Assembly: GCF_001194135.2 (NCBI RefSeq)
Contig: NC_068986.1
Coordinates: 9,604,145-9,654,154 of the forward strand
From: Octopus bimaculoides
Taxonomy: Eukaryota
Length of the DNA: 50,010 nucleotides
Direction of reading: 5' to 3'
Each line of letters opens with the position of its first letter. Position 1 is the stretch's first letter. Positions 48,101 to 50,010 of this stretch are shown in pieces. A model generated the notes under the pieces. That model did no database searches, was not told the origin of the DNA, and saw only the letters and a list, made by a program, of their open reading frames with translations. The position numbers and the translations under genes were made by a program.

Positions 48101-48636
48101 GATGTCTATATATTATTGAAGTCAGTTTATTTAGCAAAACTTTATTTTTTAAACTGAAGATGCAGATGAGGAAAATTGTGGTTTTGATTTAAAAAGAAGC
48201 GATGTTGGATTTTCGGTTAGGATTAAGTTGGACATCTTTGGATATCTGTTAAAGATATTTAAATCAGATTTAGAAGAAAAGCATTTGTCAGTTTAAACTG
48301 AAGTGTTTGAGGAAGTAATGTGTTGGGTTTGTTTAATTTGACATTGCTAGAAAGATCAATAAGGACTATAAACTATTTTGCTAGAGAAAGCTTTATACAC
48401 TCAGCCATATGTGAATCGTTTATTCAACAACCTGTGTGCTTTATTGGTTTAGGTCTGTTGTAGATGTAGGACAGTTCATTCATCAAAGTTGATCAGTAAA
48501 AGCTATTTTCTTGTGGTGGTGGTGGTTCATTCATTGATAAATATTTTTGACAAAGATAAAACAGCTGACTTTTGATTACACAACTTCATTGCTTTGTGTT
48601 GATAATATATATTTATATAGGGCTTGATTGTGTATA

Positions 48637-48677
<41 letters not shown>

Positions 48678-49777
48678 TATAGATAGATAGATAATTTTCT
48701 TAGTAAGTTGGTCTTCATTTCAGCAATTTTCCACTAATGTAATTTTTCTTAATTAGTTTCCGACTGGGACTAACATTGTTAATTAGCTGCTTGTTAAAGG
48801 CATACCGATCAATAAAACTAAAGAATATGAACTTACTCTACAATATTTACCCATGCATGCATGTGTGCATGCACACACACATACACTAGGGTGTTACTTG
48901 TGACATGACTGGTAACTTTGGAAGTATACTTTGATCACCCTGGGTAATTTCATGAAATATAAATAATAATTATAACTTCCATTTTTATCAATAATTTCTT
49001 AATACTTCTACAAAATGCTAAAAAATATTCATTACATTAAATAAAACAAATTTACTATTTATATAACCTGATGTCATTTACTCTCTTCTCCTCCTTAATG
49101 ATTCTTTCTCAGTATGTATATACTCTTTTACTCATTGCCTGTCACCAAGCCTAGCATGTGCGCTCATCCTGCACCTTCTATGTTAAAACTCTCTCTGTTT
49201 CTCTCTTTTATTATCTCTCCCTCTCTCTGTATGACGTGAAGTGTGACTGAAGAAATCAACCAACTTTTGTATCAACTATTATCAGATATACGGGTGTGTA
49301 TGTATGTGTACGTGTGTGTGTGTGTATTAATAGTTTATACAATGCTTCAATGCACTGATGTTTTGTTTTAAACTCTAGCTGTAATGTACACATTTCCTTA
49401 TTCAGACTTTGTCAAATATTATAGAATTATCCATACGCTGTGATAATGTGTCAAAAAGATATGATTTAATCTTTAAACTCACCTGTGATATTAAATTGTT
49501 TTGCCTTCAATGTTTTTTCTCTATTCTTTTCTTACTTATCTTATCTTTTATTATTCCAGATTGAGGAAACTGGTGGAACCTAAAGAAAATGGTACCAATG
49601 ACCTGCCATTAGAGAAACAATGGGTTTTGGTAAATGGCTCCTTCACCATAGAATGGTACCATTCTTTAAATCTACATTACAAACTAATTTGTTCATCTTT
49701 TTCATATTTGAAAAACGATGGGGTTTAATTAGCATTAATAATTTATTATTAATTTATTATTAATAATTTATTATTTG

Positions 49778-50010
49778 GGTGGCAAGCTGGCAGAATCAGC
49801 CGCACCACTAGGTGTTCTGAGTTCAAATCTCACCAAGGGCAAAATGCTTAGCAGAATTTTGTCTGTCTCTGTTCTGAGTTCAAATCCCACCAAGGGCAAA
49901 ATGCTTAGCAGAATTTTGTCTGTCTCTGTTCTGAGTTCAAATCTCACCAAGGGCAAAATGCTTAGCAGAATTTTGTCTGTCTCTGTTCTGAGTTCAAATC
50001 TCACCAAGGT
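49778..50010 (+). repeat. SINE head followed by a 57-bp tandem repeat (3 full units plus one partial; runs off the window)
   Basis: Unit GGGCAAAATGCTTAGCAGAATTTTGTCTGTCTCTGTTCTGAGTTCAAATC(T/C)CACCAA at 49837, 49894 and 49951; related to the head of the 24302 SINE. Confidence 0.92.

Noticed and set aside
49771-50007. 78-aa ORF with a 19-aa repeat, or a CRISPR-like array
   Set aside because: Antisense translation of the 57-bp SINE-derived tandem repeat; no unique spacers and a eukaryotic context.

Overview
AT-rich, repeat-dense eukaryotic DNA with six assembly gaps (11773-12138, 17344-17719, 30897-30983, 31336-32165, 35416-35896, 36602-36895). The repeat families (tRNA-derived SINEs, RTE tails ending in (GAT)n, very abundant TA/CA microsatellites) suggest an octopus or other coleoid cephalopod; this is inference. 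One host gene is confidently recognisable: an intronless HEXIM (7SK/P-TEFb regulator) at 41023-41808 (+), inside a zone of about 5 kb where I could not recognise any transposon. A second, unidentified minus-strand coding exon is possible at 14178-14404. The rest is mobile-element debris: three mariner lineages, a Tc1, two hAT MITEs, an unclassified long-TIR element, RTE, CR1-like, RLE-type and Penelope retroelement fragments, and many SINEs and RTE 3' tails. The most interesting structures are: (1) a young mariner deletion derivative that keeps an intact DNA-binding-domain ORF; (2) a PHD finger inside the RTE reverse transcriptase; (3) a 453-bp inverted duplication of a Tc1 end plus flank; (4) a hammerhead-ribozyme-like motif at the Penelope end; (5) a perfect 39-bp hairpin; (6) a uORF ending 2 nt before the HEXIM ATG; (7) a tandem array of SINE B-boxes. 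I cannot establish that any of these is a new biological system; all family assignments are from motif recognition by eye, with no database searches.
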